From Candidatus Limnocylindrales bacterium (GTDB taxonomy: Bacteria; Chloroflexota; Limnocylindria; Limnocylindrales; CSP1-4): a stretch of 61,659 bases of DNA. The notes under the pieces are model-generated. The model was given only the letters and a program-made list of their open reading frames with translations. It searched no databases and was not told the origin of the DNA. The position numbers and the translations under genes were made by a program. Where the stretch lies: assembly GCA_044449785.1 (NCBI GenBank), contig JBIOII010000003.1, forward strand, positions 1 to 61,659. Reading direction: 5' to 3'. Shown in pieces: positions 33,783 through 43,366 of the stretch; position 1 is the first letter of the stretch, and each line of letters opens with the position of its first letter.

Positions 33783-36268
33783 GAGTGCCGCTCGGCTGGC
33801 TACGCGAGTACATCGACGTCCAGGAGACGCCGGAGCAACTGGCCGAGCGATTGACGCTGCTCGGCATGGAGGTCAAGGGCATCGAGGCCTGGGGCGCCGA
33901 CTGGCGGAAGGTGGTCGTCGGGGAGCTGCTCACGGTCGAGAAGCACCCATATGCGGACCGGCTGCACCTAACGACGGTCACCATCGGATCCGGGGAACCT
34001 CTCCACATCGTTTGCGGCGCCAACAACATCGCTCCCGGGCAGCGCGTTCCGGTCGCCCTGCCGGGCGCGGTCCTGCCGGGCGATCGGCGCATCGAGAGAA
34101 CCGAGAAGATGGGCATCGCCTCGGAGGGGATGCTCTGCTCCGGTGACGAGCTCCACATCACCACCGACGCCGAAGGGATCCTGATCCTGCCGCCGGGCAC
34201 CAGGCTCGGCGAGCAGCTCTCCGACCTGTACGGCGACGTCGTCCTCGACGTAGACGTGAAGCCGAACCGCGGCGACGCCCTCTGCCTGATCGGTCTCGCG
34301 CGCGAGGTTGCGGCCGCGACCGGCGGCCCCGTTCGCTGGCCGGAGGTTTCCGTCCGGGAGACCGGCGGGCCCGTCACCGACCGCCTTCAAGTAGACGTCC
34401 AGGCCCCGGACCTGTGCAGCCGCTTCGTGGGCCGCTGGATAAGCGGTGTGGAGATCGGCCCGTCGCCGGACTGGGTCCAGATGCGGCTCCAAGCAGCGGG
34501 AATGCGTCCCGTCAGCAACGTCGTAGACGCGTCCAACTACGTGATGCTCGAGCTCGGCAAGCCCACGCACACGTTCGACGGTGCTGCCGTTCACGACGGC
34601 ACGATCATCGTCCGGCGCGCGAAACCCGGCGAGCGGCTCGAGACCCTGGATCATGTCGATCGCGAGCTGACTCCCGACACGCTGATCATCGCCGACCCGC
34701 ATGGTCCCATGGGCATCGCAGGAGTCATGGGCGGGGCCGAGAGCGAGATCACCAACTCCACGACGGAGATTGCCGTGGAGTCGGCCATCTTCGATCCGGT
34801 CAGCATTCGCCGCACCGGGCACCGGTATGCGCTCAGATCCGAGGCCAGCCTTAGATTCGAGAAGGGCCAGGAGTTCCGGCTGGCCCGCATCGGGGCCGAC
34901 CGGGTAGCGCAACTGACCACAGCCTGGGCCGGTGGGTCTTGCGCTGAGGGCAGGATCGACACCGCCCCACTCGAGCCCCAGCCGTCCCGGCTTGCGTTCC
35001 GACCGGCGCGAGTCGGCAGGTTGTTGGGAGAACCGATCTCCACGGCGGAGCAGCGGGCCCTCCTCGCGCGCGTCGGCATCGAAACCGAGCCGGCGCCAGC
35101 CGGGTCCGCCATCCGAGTCTCGGCCGAGCCAAAGCCGCTGACGGTCCCCGCGGGCACCGACGAGGTAGTCGTGGCGGTCGTCCCGACCTGGCGCCGCGAC
35201 CTGGAGGTCGAGGCCGACGTGACCGAGGAAGTGGCCCGTGTCCGTGGCTACGCGACGACTCCGGCTCATCTGCCGGATACGCTGACGCCGGCCTACCGGC
35301 CCTCGCCGATGAAGATGAGGGACGCCGTCAGGGAAACCCTCGCCGGTGCGCGACTGACGGAAGTCGTGACCCACGCGTTGGTCGCCCCGCAGGATGCGGG
35401 GCGGCTTGGATGGCCGGGCGACGACGATCTCGGGGTCGCCGAACCGGCCGGCGGTGCCACGATTGCCGTGACGAACCCGCTCTCGAGCCAGCATTCGGTG
35501 CTGCGCCAGCACCTGACGGCCAGCTTGCTCGACGTCCTAGCCCTCAACGAGCGTCAGGGGCGGGACGACTTCGCGGTCTTCGAGATCGGCAAGGGATACG
35601 GGCGGGACGCCGATAGCCCGCGCGAGTGGACCAGGTTGGGGCTGCTTCTCACCGGCAATGCCGAACCGGCGGCCTGGAACAGACCGCGGCGCTCATATGA
35701 CCTGGACGATGCAAAAGGGATCGTCGAACTGCTGTGCGCCAGACTTGGCCTGCCGGCCCCGAGATACGAGGCCGACAGGCGCGGCTTTCCCTTCCATCCG
35801 GGCCGTGCTCTCGTGGCGAAGTCGAGGTCTGAGGCCGGCAGTCTCGTCGGGCGGGTGGCCGAGCTCCATCCCGACGTTCTCGAGGCGTGGGAGCTGCGCG
35901 CGCCACGGGTCATCGCGGCCGAGCTGGCAATCGATGCCATGGTCGGCGGCGTTCCCCGCGCTGTCCACGTCGAACCGATAGGTCGCTTCCCCGTGGTCGA
36001 GCGGGACCTCGCCGTGATCGTCTCAGAGGGTCTGGTCTCGTCCGAGGTCGAAGCCGTCATCCGGCGTCGGGCCGGCTCATTGCTGCGCCGGGCGTGGCTG
36101 TTCGACCTGTATCGCGGCGCGCCGCTGGCCGCCGCCGAGAAGAGCCTGGCTTTCCGGTTGGTCTTCGGGGCAGGCGATCGAACTCTCACTGAGATCGAGG
36201 TCGACGAAGCCATGGTCGCCGTCCGGACTGGCCTCGAGGCCGACCTGAAGGCCCATATCCGAAGTTAG
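33779..36268 (+). CDS. pheT: Phenylalanyl-tRNA synthetase beta subunit
   Basis: MRVPLGWL, HPYADRL, VCGANN, PNRGD, SEASLRFEKG, RDLAV, FDLYRG motifs; ATGA overlap at 33779. Confidence 0.97.
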   Translation: MRVPLGWLREYIDVQETPEQLAERLTLLGMEVKGIEAWGADWRKVVVGELLTVEKHPYADRLHLTTVTIGSGEPLHIVCGANNIAPGQRVPVALPGAVLPGDRRIERTEKMGIASEGMLCSGDELHITTDAEGILILPPGTRLGEQLSDLYGDVVLDVDVKPNRGDALCLIGLAREVAAATGGPVRWPEVSVRETGGPVTDRLQVDVQAPDLCSRFVGRWISGVEIGPSPDWVQMRLQAAGMRPVSNVVDASNYVMLELGKPTHTFDGAAVHDGTIIVRRAKPGERLETLDHVDRELTPDTLIIADPHGPMGIAGVMGGAESEITNSTTEIAVESAIFDPVSIRRTGHRYALRSEASLRFEKGQEFRLARIGADRVAQLTTAWAGGSCAEGRIDTAPLEPQPSRLAFRPARVGRLLGEPISTAEQRALLARVGIETEPAPAGSAIRVSAEPKPLTVPAGTDEVVVAVVPTWRRDLEVEADVTEEVARVRGYATTPAHLPDTLTPAYRPSPMKMRDAVRETLAGARLTEVVTHALVAPQDAGRLGWPGDDDLGVAEPAGGATIAVTNPLSSQHSVLRQHLTASLLDVLALNERQGRDDFAVFEIGKGYGRDADSPREWTRLGLLLTGNAEPAAWNRPRRSYDLDDAKGIVELLCARLGLPAPRYEADRRGFPFHPGRALVAKSRSEAGSLVGRVAELHPDVLEAWELRAPRVIAAELAIDAMVGGVPRAVHVEPIGRFPVVERDLAVIVSEGLVSSEVEAVIRRRAGSLLRRAWLFDLYRGAPLAAAEKSLAFRLVFGAGDRTLTEIEVDEAMVAVRTGLEADLKAHIRS

Positions 36269-36386
36269 CGCGAGGCCTGGGCCATCGAGTACCTCTGTCC
36301 CCTTGGTGCTCCGCCTTCGGCGCTGCTAACCTAGCCGAACCTGCCCGGCTACACAGCCGGCGGCAGTTGCTCGGGGAGGTAGGGCG

Positions 36387-36962
36387 GTGGACATCGTCGG
36401 AGCGATCAGAAGCGCGCCCCTGGTCGACTTGGGCGTCTTCTTCGGCCTCTGCGCCTTCTTCTTCATGGGGGTCATGCAGGGCGCCATTCGGCGGATCCTC
36501 GGGATCTTCTCGATCCTGTTCGCGTTTCTGGTCGCCGCCAACGTGCGCGACTCGCTGGGCGACTTCCTGGCGCAGAACTGGACCCAGTTCGATCTCGGAT
36601 ACAACCGGCTGATCGCCTTTGGTGTCGTGTTCGTCGTCGGATCGGTCGCGTTGTCGATCCTGATCCAGGGTTTCTACAAGCGGACCGATATCTCCGCCGA
36701 ACACCCGATCGTCGACGACATCGTGGGCGGCTTGCTGGGCCTGCTTCAGGGTTTCCTGCTGCTGACCCTGGCCGTCGTCATCTTCAACTCGTACACGCTG
36801 CCGGTGCCGCAATCGGGCGACGTCACACAACTCCGCCAGGCCCAGGATCTACTCATTCATCAGTCGCACATCGCCGGCGCAATCAAGGACATCGTGGTTC
36901 CGCCGTTCGTCCACATCCTGTCCGCACTGCTGCCGTCCGACCTGGTATCGATCTTCCCCTGA
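36387..36962 (+). CDS. cvpA: CvpA (colicin V production) family membrane protein
   Basis: D-x-x-[22 protein letters not shown] motifs; TGcTAACCT extended -10 at 36324-36332. Confidence 0.85.
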   Translation: MDIVGAIRSAPLVDLGVFFGLCAFFFMGVMQGAIRRILGIFSILFAFLVAANVRDSLGDFLAQNWTQFDLGYNRLIAFGVVFVVGSVALSILIQGFYKRTDISAEHPIVDDIVGGLLGLLQGFLLLTLAVVIFNSYTLPVPQSGDVTQLRQAQDLLIHQSHIAGAIKDIVVPPFVHILSALLPSDLVSIFP

Positions 36963-36975
36963 GCGCCGCCGCTCG

Positions 36976-37704
36976 TTGGCTGGCCTGATCGTGGAACCAT
37001 CGCCTCCTTCTGTCCGTGCCTTCCCGCGCCGGCTCCTGGCCGATAGCACGGAGATCGCGGCCCGGAACCTCGTCGGGGCGCTGTTGATCCGCGGCAATGG
37101 TCCGGCGGAGCGTGTGGGACGAATCGTCGAAGTGGAGGCCTACGGCGGGCGGGACGACCTTGCGTCCCACGCCCGTTTCGGCCGGACGAAGCGCAACGCG
37201 GCAATGTATGGGCCGCCGGGGGCTGCCTACGTGTACCTTGTCTACGGCATGTACTCCTGTCTGAACGTCGTCACCGAGGCCGAAGGGCAACCGGCGGCCG
37301 TGTTGATAAGGGCCGTGGAACCGATCCGAGGCCAGGCTGAGATGCTCGCCGCCAGGCTTCGATCCGTCGAGCGTCGAGCGGGCGGCAACGGGGCTCCGGC
37401 ATCCGAGCCGGCCCGGCGACGAGTCGATGCGCTTCCGGTTGCGAAGCTGGCGTCCGGCCCCGGCCTGGCGTGCGCGGCGTTCTCGGTGGCTCGGAGCGAC
37501 GACGGCATCGACCTCTGCGATCCGGACTCCGACCTGCGACTCGAGACCGGGACAGGCGATGAGCCGCTGACCGTCGAGGCGGGTCCGCGGGTAGGCGTCG
37601 ACTACGCGCCCGAGCCGTGGCGAAGCCTGCCGTGGCGCTTCTTCGTGCCCGGCAGTCCGTCCCTCTCGGCCGGGCGGCCCGGCCGGGCCCGGGTGGGACG
37701 GTGA
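36976..37704 (+). CDS. mpg: 3-methyladenine DNA glycosylase (MPG/AAG family)
   Basis: [50 protein letters not shown]. Confidence 0.93.
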   Translation: MAGLIVEPSPPSVRAFPRRLLADSTEIAARNLVGALLIRGNGPAERVGRIVEVEAYGGRDDLASHARFGRTKRNAAMYGPPGAAYVYLVYGMYSCLNVVTEAEGQPAAVLIRAVEPIRGQAEMLAARLRSVERRAGGNGAPASEPARRRVDALPVAKLASGPGLACAAFSVARSDDGIDLCDPDSDLRLETGTGDEPLTVEAGPRVGVDYAPEPWRSLPWRFFVPGSPSLSAGRPGRARVGR

Positions 37705-40196
37705 CTGCCGGAGACGCGGTGCCGGCCGATCGCGCTCGCGGACCTTCGCCGGACGCGGCGCCGGGCGGATCCGGACGTGTCCTCGACCGGCGCTCGCTCG
37801 CGCTGCTCGAGTATCCGCTGGTGCGCTCCCGGCTCGCCGATTCGACGGGATTCCCGCCGGGGCGCCGTCTGGCAGAGGGTTTGGAGCCGTCGGCAGACGC
37901 AATCGTCGTGGCCCGCGGCCTGGAGGAGACGTCTCAGACCAGAGCCTTCATCGCCGAGCATCCGGGAGCCGGCATCGGCGGCAGCAAGGACATCGGGCCA
38001 TGGGTCGAACGCGCCGCCCGCGGCGGTCGCCTGGACCCGATGCATTTCATCGACATAGCCGTGACCCTGGAGGCCGCGGCCCGGCTCGGTGACGCGCTGA
38101 GCGGCGACAGGCGGCCTCTGCTCCGGGACCTCACCCGAGAGATCCATTCGCTGCCGAGCCTGCGCAACGTGCTGCAGCGCAGCTTCGATCCGACCGGCGA
38201 GCTGCTCGACACGGCCTCGCCTCGGCTCGGGGGAATCCGGCGCGCGGTTCGCATCGCCTACGAGCGCCTCCGCGGCCGACTCGAGCAGTTCATCCACTCC
38301 GGCGAGCTGGCGGGCTCGCTGCAGGAGCCGATCATCACCCTTCGGAGCGGCCGCTACGTGATCCCGATCCGGGCCGAAGCGCGCGGCCGGGTCAAGGGCA
38401 TAGTCCACGATGCGTCGGGCAGCGGCCAGACGCTGTTCGTAGAACCGCTGGTTGCCGTGGAGTTGGGCAACGCCTGGCGGGAAGCCCAGGTCGCGGAACG
38501 GGCGGAGATCGAGCGGATCCTCGACGAGCTTTCGGGCGTGGTCGCCGGCCAGGCCGTGCCGCTGCGCGAGACGCTCGACGCTCTGGCCCGCTTCGACTTC
38601 TGGTCGGCCAAGGCCCGCCTGGCGGAGGAGATGGACGCCATCCCGGCCGAGATCGGGGACCGGCCCGAGATCGTGCTTCTGGGCGCGCGCCACCCCGGGT
38701 TGTCCGGTCGGGTGGTACCGATCGACGTTCGGCTCGGCGGCGAATACACCACCCTGCTCATCACCGGACCGAATACGGGCGGCAAGACCGTGGCGCTGAG
38801 GACCCTCGGGCTGCTCGGGCTGATGCATCAGTCGGGGCTACACGTCCCGGCCGACGTCGGGACGCGGCTCCCTGTTCTCGACGACGTCTACGCCGATATC
38901 GGCGACGAGCAGTCGGTGGCGCAATCGCTCTCGACTTTCAGCGGGCACATGCGATCCATCGTCCGGATCGTCGCGGCTGCAGGGCCCAACAAGCTGATCC
39001 TGCTCGACGAGCTGGGCGCCGGCACCGACCCGACGGAGGGCTCGGCCCTGGCCCAAGCCCTGCTCGACTACTTCATCCGGTCCGGCGCCCTGGTCGCTGC
39101 AACCACTCACTACGCCGAGCTCAAGCTCTACGCCCACACGACGGCCCAGGCGCGCAATGCCTCCGTCGAATTCGATGTCGAGACGCTGCGGCCGACATTC
39201 AAGCTCACGATCGGGTTGCCGGGTCAGAGCCAGGCATTCGCGATCGCCGAGCGTCTAGGCTTGCCCGGGCCGATCGTCTCCGACGCCCGCTCCCGATTGA
39301 CGGAGGAGCAGCACGCCTTCGAAGAGACCCTGGCGGCCATCAAAGCCACGCAGCTCGAAACGACCGAGGCTCTGGCAGAGGCCAGGCTGGCGGAGGAACG
39401 CGCTCGAGCCGCCCTCGCATCGGCAGAGGAGGACCGGCGCCGGGCGAAGCGTGAGCGCGACGACTCGGTCAAGGCTGCGCGAGACGAGGCCGAAAGGCTC
39501 GTCACCGAGGTCCGAGCCGAGATGCGAGGCATCCGGCGCAAACTGGAACGAGAGACGGTCACCCAGAAGAGTCTCGACGAGGACATGCGTCGGGCGAACG
39601 CCCAGCTCGAGCGGCTGCCAGCTCCTGCAGAGCCGGAACCGCTGCGCATTCCGACCACGGCCGAGCCCGTAGCCTGGCGCATCGGCATGCGAGCCCGTAC
39701 CAGAACCGCCGGCGCCGAGGGGCGGATCGCCGCGCTCGAGAAGGGCGGCCGGAGGGCCACGCTGGAAGCCGGCGGCCTCCGAATAACAGTTCCGGTCGAA
39801 GACCTGGAGCCTGCGGTCGGGGGCGACGAAGAGCCAGCGTCGCCTGGGCGGGGCGCGCCCGCGGCCGGGCGGAGCGGGCCTGCCCGTGACGAGGCGCCGG
39901 GTGCAGGTGGCCCGCCTTCCTCGGCTTCATGGCTCCAGCTCGAACGTGCACGAACCGTGGCTTCGTCGCTTGACCTGCGCGGCGCAAAAGTCCAGGAAGC
40001 GCTCGAGGTGCTGGATCGCTATCTCGATGACGCCTCCCTGGCAGGGCTGGACCAGGCGACCGTCATCCACGGCATGGGAACCGGCGCCCTGCGAGACGCC
40101 GTCCGCGATCACGCGGGCACCCATCCGCTCGTCAGGTCATGGCGGCCAGGCGGTCTTGGCGAGGGTGGCGACGGGGCCACGATCGTCGTCCTCTGA
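37701..40196 (+). CDS. mutS2: Endonuclease MutS2 (ATPase, coiled coil, KOW, SMR)
   Basis: [55 protein letters not shown]. Confidence 0.96.
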   Translation: MTAGDAVPADRARGPSPDAAPGGSGRVLDRRSLALLEYPLVRSRLADSTGFPPGRRLAEGLEPSADAIVVARGLEETSQTRAFIAEHPGAGIGGSKDIGPWVERAARGGRLDPMHFIDIAVTLEAAARLGDALSGDRRPLLRDLTREIHSLPSLRNVLQRSFDPTGELLDTASPRLGGIRRAVRIAYERLRGRLEQFIHSGELAGSLQEPIITLRSGRYVIPIRAEARGRVKGIVHDASGSGQTLFVEPLVAVELGNAWREAQVAERAEIERILDELSGVVAGQAVPLRETLDALARFDFWSAKARLAEEMDAIPAEIGDRPEIVLLGARHPGLSGRVVPIDVRLGGEYTTLLITGPNTGGKTVALRTLGLLGLMHQSGLHVPADVGTRLPVLDDVYADIGDEQSVAQSLSTFSGHMRSIVRIVAAAGPNKLILLDELGAGTDPTEGSALAQALLDYFIRSGALVAATTHYAELKLYAHTTAQARNASVEFDVETLRPTFKLTIGLPGQSQAFAIAERLGLPGPIVSDARSRLTEEQHAFEETLAAIKATQLETTEALAEARLAEERARAALASAEEDRRRAKRERDDSVKAARDEAERLVTEVRAEMRGIRRKLERETVTQKSLDEDMRRANAQLERLPAPAEPEPLRIPTTAEPVAWRIGMRARTRTAGAEGRIAALEKGGRRATLEAGGLRITVPVEDLEPAVGGDEEPASPGRGAPAAGRSGPARDEAPGAGGPPSSASWLQLERARTVASSLDLRGAKVQEALEVLDRYLDDASLAGLDQATVIHGMGTGALRDAVRDHAGTHPLVRSWRPGGLGEGGDGATIVVL

Positions 40197-40279
40197 AAGT
40201 CGACAGGATCGCGCTGCGGGATGCGACAATCGCGCTGGAGGGCGCCGCCGGCCTTGGCGCTTCTCAACGGAGGAGCCTC

Positions 40280-41401
40280 TTGAGTTGCCTGGCCATCGGG
40301 CCCGAGTCCCATACGGTCAGATTCAGAGATTTGCGGGTCGTGTATGCGACCGATTGGGAACCGTCCGCCTGGGACGATCTGGCCGTCCGAAGCCCGATGG
40401 GTGAGGCCTTCCAGTCCCATGCGTGGGGTGAGCTGAAGCGCGGTCTGGGCTGGACGCCGCTCCGCTACATCGTGGAGCTGGGGGGCGCTCCTGTGGCCGT
40501 AGTCTCGATCCAGGAACGGCCTCTGCTCGGTCGCCGAGCTGGGCCCCTCGGGCGATACAGGATCCATTACGCCCCCAGAGGGCCGGTTCTCCTCGACCCG
40601 GCACCGAACGCCGTCACGGCGGCCCTCGCCGGGCTGCGGATGATTGGCGCACATCGCCATTCAGCCGCGCTGACGGTCGACCCGGCGTGGGAGGAGGGGA
40701 GTGAGCCGGCTGCCGGTCTGCGCGCCGCAGGCTTCCGCGTGGCCGCTCGAGACGTCCAGGTGTCGCGCACGGCGATGATCGTGCCGCTGGAGCCGTCTGA
40801 GGCGGCTCAGCGCGAGTTGCTGGGCCACACCACGGCCGCGGACATCAGCCGGGCGATCTCGCTGGGTGTCGCGACCGAGCGCGTCGACATGGGCGATAGA
40901 GAGGCCCGCGAAGCGGCCCTGGCCGAGTTCTACGAGATCCACTCGGCCACCGGCCGGCGCGAGGGTTTCATCGTCCGCGACCGCGAATACGAGCTCGAGC
41001 AGTGGCGCCGTCTTGGTGAAACCGGGGTCGCCAGCCTCTGGTTCGCGGGATTGGGGGGCCGCGACACCGGAGCCCTACTGCTGCACAGCGGGCGGTTGCT
41101 CGTCTATTTCGCGGCAGGCTCTCGTGACGGCGCCGATATGCGGCGTACCCGAGCCAATCACCTTCTTCAGTGGGACATCATCCGCTGGGCGGCCGGGGCC
41201 GGGTTCAGCGGCTACGACATGGGCGGCGTCGATACCCAGGCCGCGCCGGGCGTGCCCACGGATGAGACGCATCCCCTCTGGAACCTCTACCTGTTCAAGC
41301 GGCGCTTTGGCGGCCGGCCGGTGGTTCGCGTCCGTGCCCACGAATACGCTCCGAATCCCGTGCTCGGCGCGGCCTGGCGGCTTGCCAGAAGGTTCCGATG
41401 A
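40280..41401 (+). CDS. FemAB/FemX-like peptidoglycan bridge aminoacyltransferase
   Basis: FQSHAWGELK, YAPRGPV, NHLLQWDIIRWA, YDMGG, LYLFKRRFGG; start uncertain (TTG 40280 with GGAGGAG, or 40331/40340). Confidence 0.85.
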   Translation: MSCLAIGPESHTVRFRDLRVVYATDWEPSAWDDLAVRSPMGEAFQSHAWGELKRGLGWTPLRYIVELGGAPVAVVSIQERPLLGRRAGPLGRYRIHYAPRGPVLLDPAPNAVTAALAGLRMIGAHRHSAALTVDPAWEEGSEPAAGLRAAGFRVAARDVQVSRTAMIVPLEPSEAAQRELLGHTTAADISRAISLGVATERVDMGDREAREAALAEFYEIHSATGRREGFIVRDREYELEQWRRLGETGVASLWFAGLGGRDTGALLLHSGRLLVYFAAGSRDGADMRRTRANHLLQWDIIRWAAGAGFSGYDMGGVDTQAAPGVPTDETHPLWNLYLFKRRFGGRPVVRVRAHEYAPNPVLGAAWRLARRFR

Positions 41402-43359
41402 GCGGCGAGCGGCCGTTGCGAGGGGATCCTCCTTCCCGGCCCGATCAGCGCCCGGGGGTGGGGGCCGGCGGACGCAAAGACGGCGCCCTCCGCTCCGGCG
41501 AAGGCGTCGGCGGTGGGCCGCCTGGCGCGCCGACTCCGGAACCGGAATCGCCGCGAGTCGGCGGCTGGCAGCCTCGCAACCTGATACCGGCCCGGCTGCG
41601 CGGCGACTCCGCCCGGGCGGGGAAGTCCGCTCGACCGCAGTCTCAGCCCCTTCCCGCTGCCGACTCGCGCGGCGTCTTCCCATCGGGGGTGGCCGTAGCC
41701 GGCGACGTCGTCCTGAGCGGCGAAGCGGCAACCTCCGACCTCTCGGAGACCTCCTCCGTGCGTCTCGGCGGCCGGGCGATCGCCCTGGCCGGAGTGGTTG
41801 TCGTCACCGGCGTGGTGCTGTCGCGACTCCTCGGCTGGGCGCGGACGTCGGTGTTCCTGGCCCAATTCGGTGGTGACAGCGCCGGTCTCGACGCGTTCTG
41901 GGCCGCGTTCCGAATCCCGGACACCATCTTCCAGCTGGTAGCGGCCGGGGCAGTCGGCTCGGCGCTGGTCCCGGTGGCCTCCGAGCTGCTGGCCAGGGGT
42001 GAAGTCGAGCGCGCCAGGCGTCTGATCGCCACCATTGCCAACCTGATGATCCTCGCCCTGATCCCCCTGGTCGTGGTGGCCTGGATCGCCGCCCCGGCGC
42101 TGATGGCTCTAATCGCTCCGACACACGGCGATGCCGCAAAGATGGCTACGGAGATCGAACTCACACGGTTGATGCTGCTGTCGCCGATCCTGCTCGCCGT
42201 CGGCGCCGTCATGACGGCCGGCCTCAACTCGGTCGGCATTTTTGGCGCCCCCGCGATGGCTCCCAACGTATACAACGTGGGGATCATCGTGTGCGCCCTG
42301 ATCCTGGTGCCGTTCCTCGGCGTGTCTGCGCTCGCGGTTGGGGTCGTGGTCGGGGCCGCGGGCCTGGTGTTGACGCAGACGAGGGCGGTTCGGGGGTCCG
42401 GTCTCTACGCGCCGGCGATCGATATCCACGACCCGGCCGTACGCGAAACCCTGACCTTGATGGCCCCCCGAGCCCTGGGCCTGGGCGTCACGCAACTCGT
42501 CTTCCTGGTCAACACGTTCTTCGCCACGAGCATGGGTGGAAACGGGCCGCTCACCATCTACACGGCCGCCTTCACCGCGCTGCAAGTTCCCGTCGGCCTG
42601 ATCGGGGTTCCGCTGGGGATAGTCCTGCTGCCTCCGCTTTCCCGGGCCGTGGCTCGGGGCGACGACGAGCGGTTCCGCCGGCTGGTCGATCAATCGCTGC
42701 GATTGCTGTTGTTCGTCGTGGTCCCGCTGACCGGGTTCATGCTCGTCCTGGCACGGCCAACCCTGGCCTTTCTGTATCAGCACGGCGAGTTCGAGGCCGA
42801 TGACATTACGACGATGGCCCCTGTGTACGCAGTCTTCCTGTTCGGACTCGTGGCGCACGTCCTCATCGCCCTGATGGCTCCGATCTTCTACGCCGGCAAA
42901 GACACGAGAACGCCCGTCACTGCGGCGCTCGTTGCGGTCGCGGTAGATGTGGGAGCCGCGGCCATCTTCTTCCCATTCATGCACCTCGCGGGCCTTGCCC
43001 TGGCCATCGGCCTGGGCGCGTGGACGGAAGTGGTGATACTCGTGGCGCTGATGGAGAAGCGGATCGGGTTCGATTTGAGGCCGTTGGCCCGCCACTCTAT
43101 CGCCTTCTTCGCCGGCGCCTGCGTGGCCTCGGCAGTGGTCTTTCTGACCGCGAGGTATGTCGGCGGCCCGGGAGCCGGCGCCTCGTCGGTGGTGTCGGAG
43201 GTCACGACGATCGCTGCCGCCGGCATCGTCGGTGCCGTGGTGTATGCGGCCTGGGCGCTCGTCTTCCGTCTGCCGGAGCTCCGGGACGCGCTCGATCTGG
43301 CGCGGACGCTACTCGGAAGGCGGGCGGCGGCTTCTTCGGGCGCGATGCAGCGGGACTAG
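41398..43359 (+). CDS. murJ: Lipid II flippase MurJ (MviN) with long N-terminal low-complexity extension
   Basis: SRLLGWAR, DAFWAAFRIPD, GSALVPV, APNVYN, FYAGKDTRTPV. Confidence 0.93.
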   Translation: MSGERPLRGDPPSRPDQRPGVGAGGRKDGALRSGEGVGGGPPGAPTPEPESPRVGGWQPRNLIPARLRGDSARAGKSARPQSQPLPAADSRGVFPSGVAVAGDVVLSGEAATSDLSETSSVRLGGRAIALAGVVVVTGVVLSRLLGWARTSVFLAQFGGDSAGLDAFWAAFRIPDTIFQLVAAGAVGSALVPVASELLARGEVERARRLIATIANLMILALIPLVVVAWIAAPALMALIAPTHGDAAKMATEIELTRLMLLSPILLAVGAVMTAGLNSVGIFGAPAMAPNVYNVGIIVCALILVPFLGVSALAVGVVVGAAGLVLTQTRAVRGSGLYAPAIDIHDPAVRETLTLMAPRALGLGVTQLVFLVNTFFATSMGGNGPLTIYTAAFTALQVPVGLIGVPLGIVLLPPLSRAVARGDDERFRRLVDQSLRLLLFVVVPLTGFMLVLARPTLAFLYQHGEFEADDITTMAPVYAVFLFGLVAHVLIALMAPIFYAGKDTRTPVTAALVAVAVDVGAAAIFFPFMHLAGLALAIGLGAWTEVVILVALMEKRIGFDLRPLARHSIAFFAGACVASAVVFLTARYVGGPGAGASSVVSEVTTIAAAGIVGAVVYAAWALVFRLPELRDALDLARTLLGRRAAASSGAMQRD

Positions 43360-43366
43360 CTACCGC

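Noticed and set aside
33968-35512. 514-aa minus-strand ORF
   Set aside because: Antisense to pheT, no recognisable domain
37602-38828. 408-aa minus-strand ORF
   Set aside because: Antisense to mutS2
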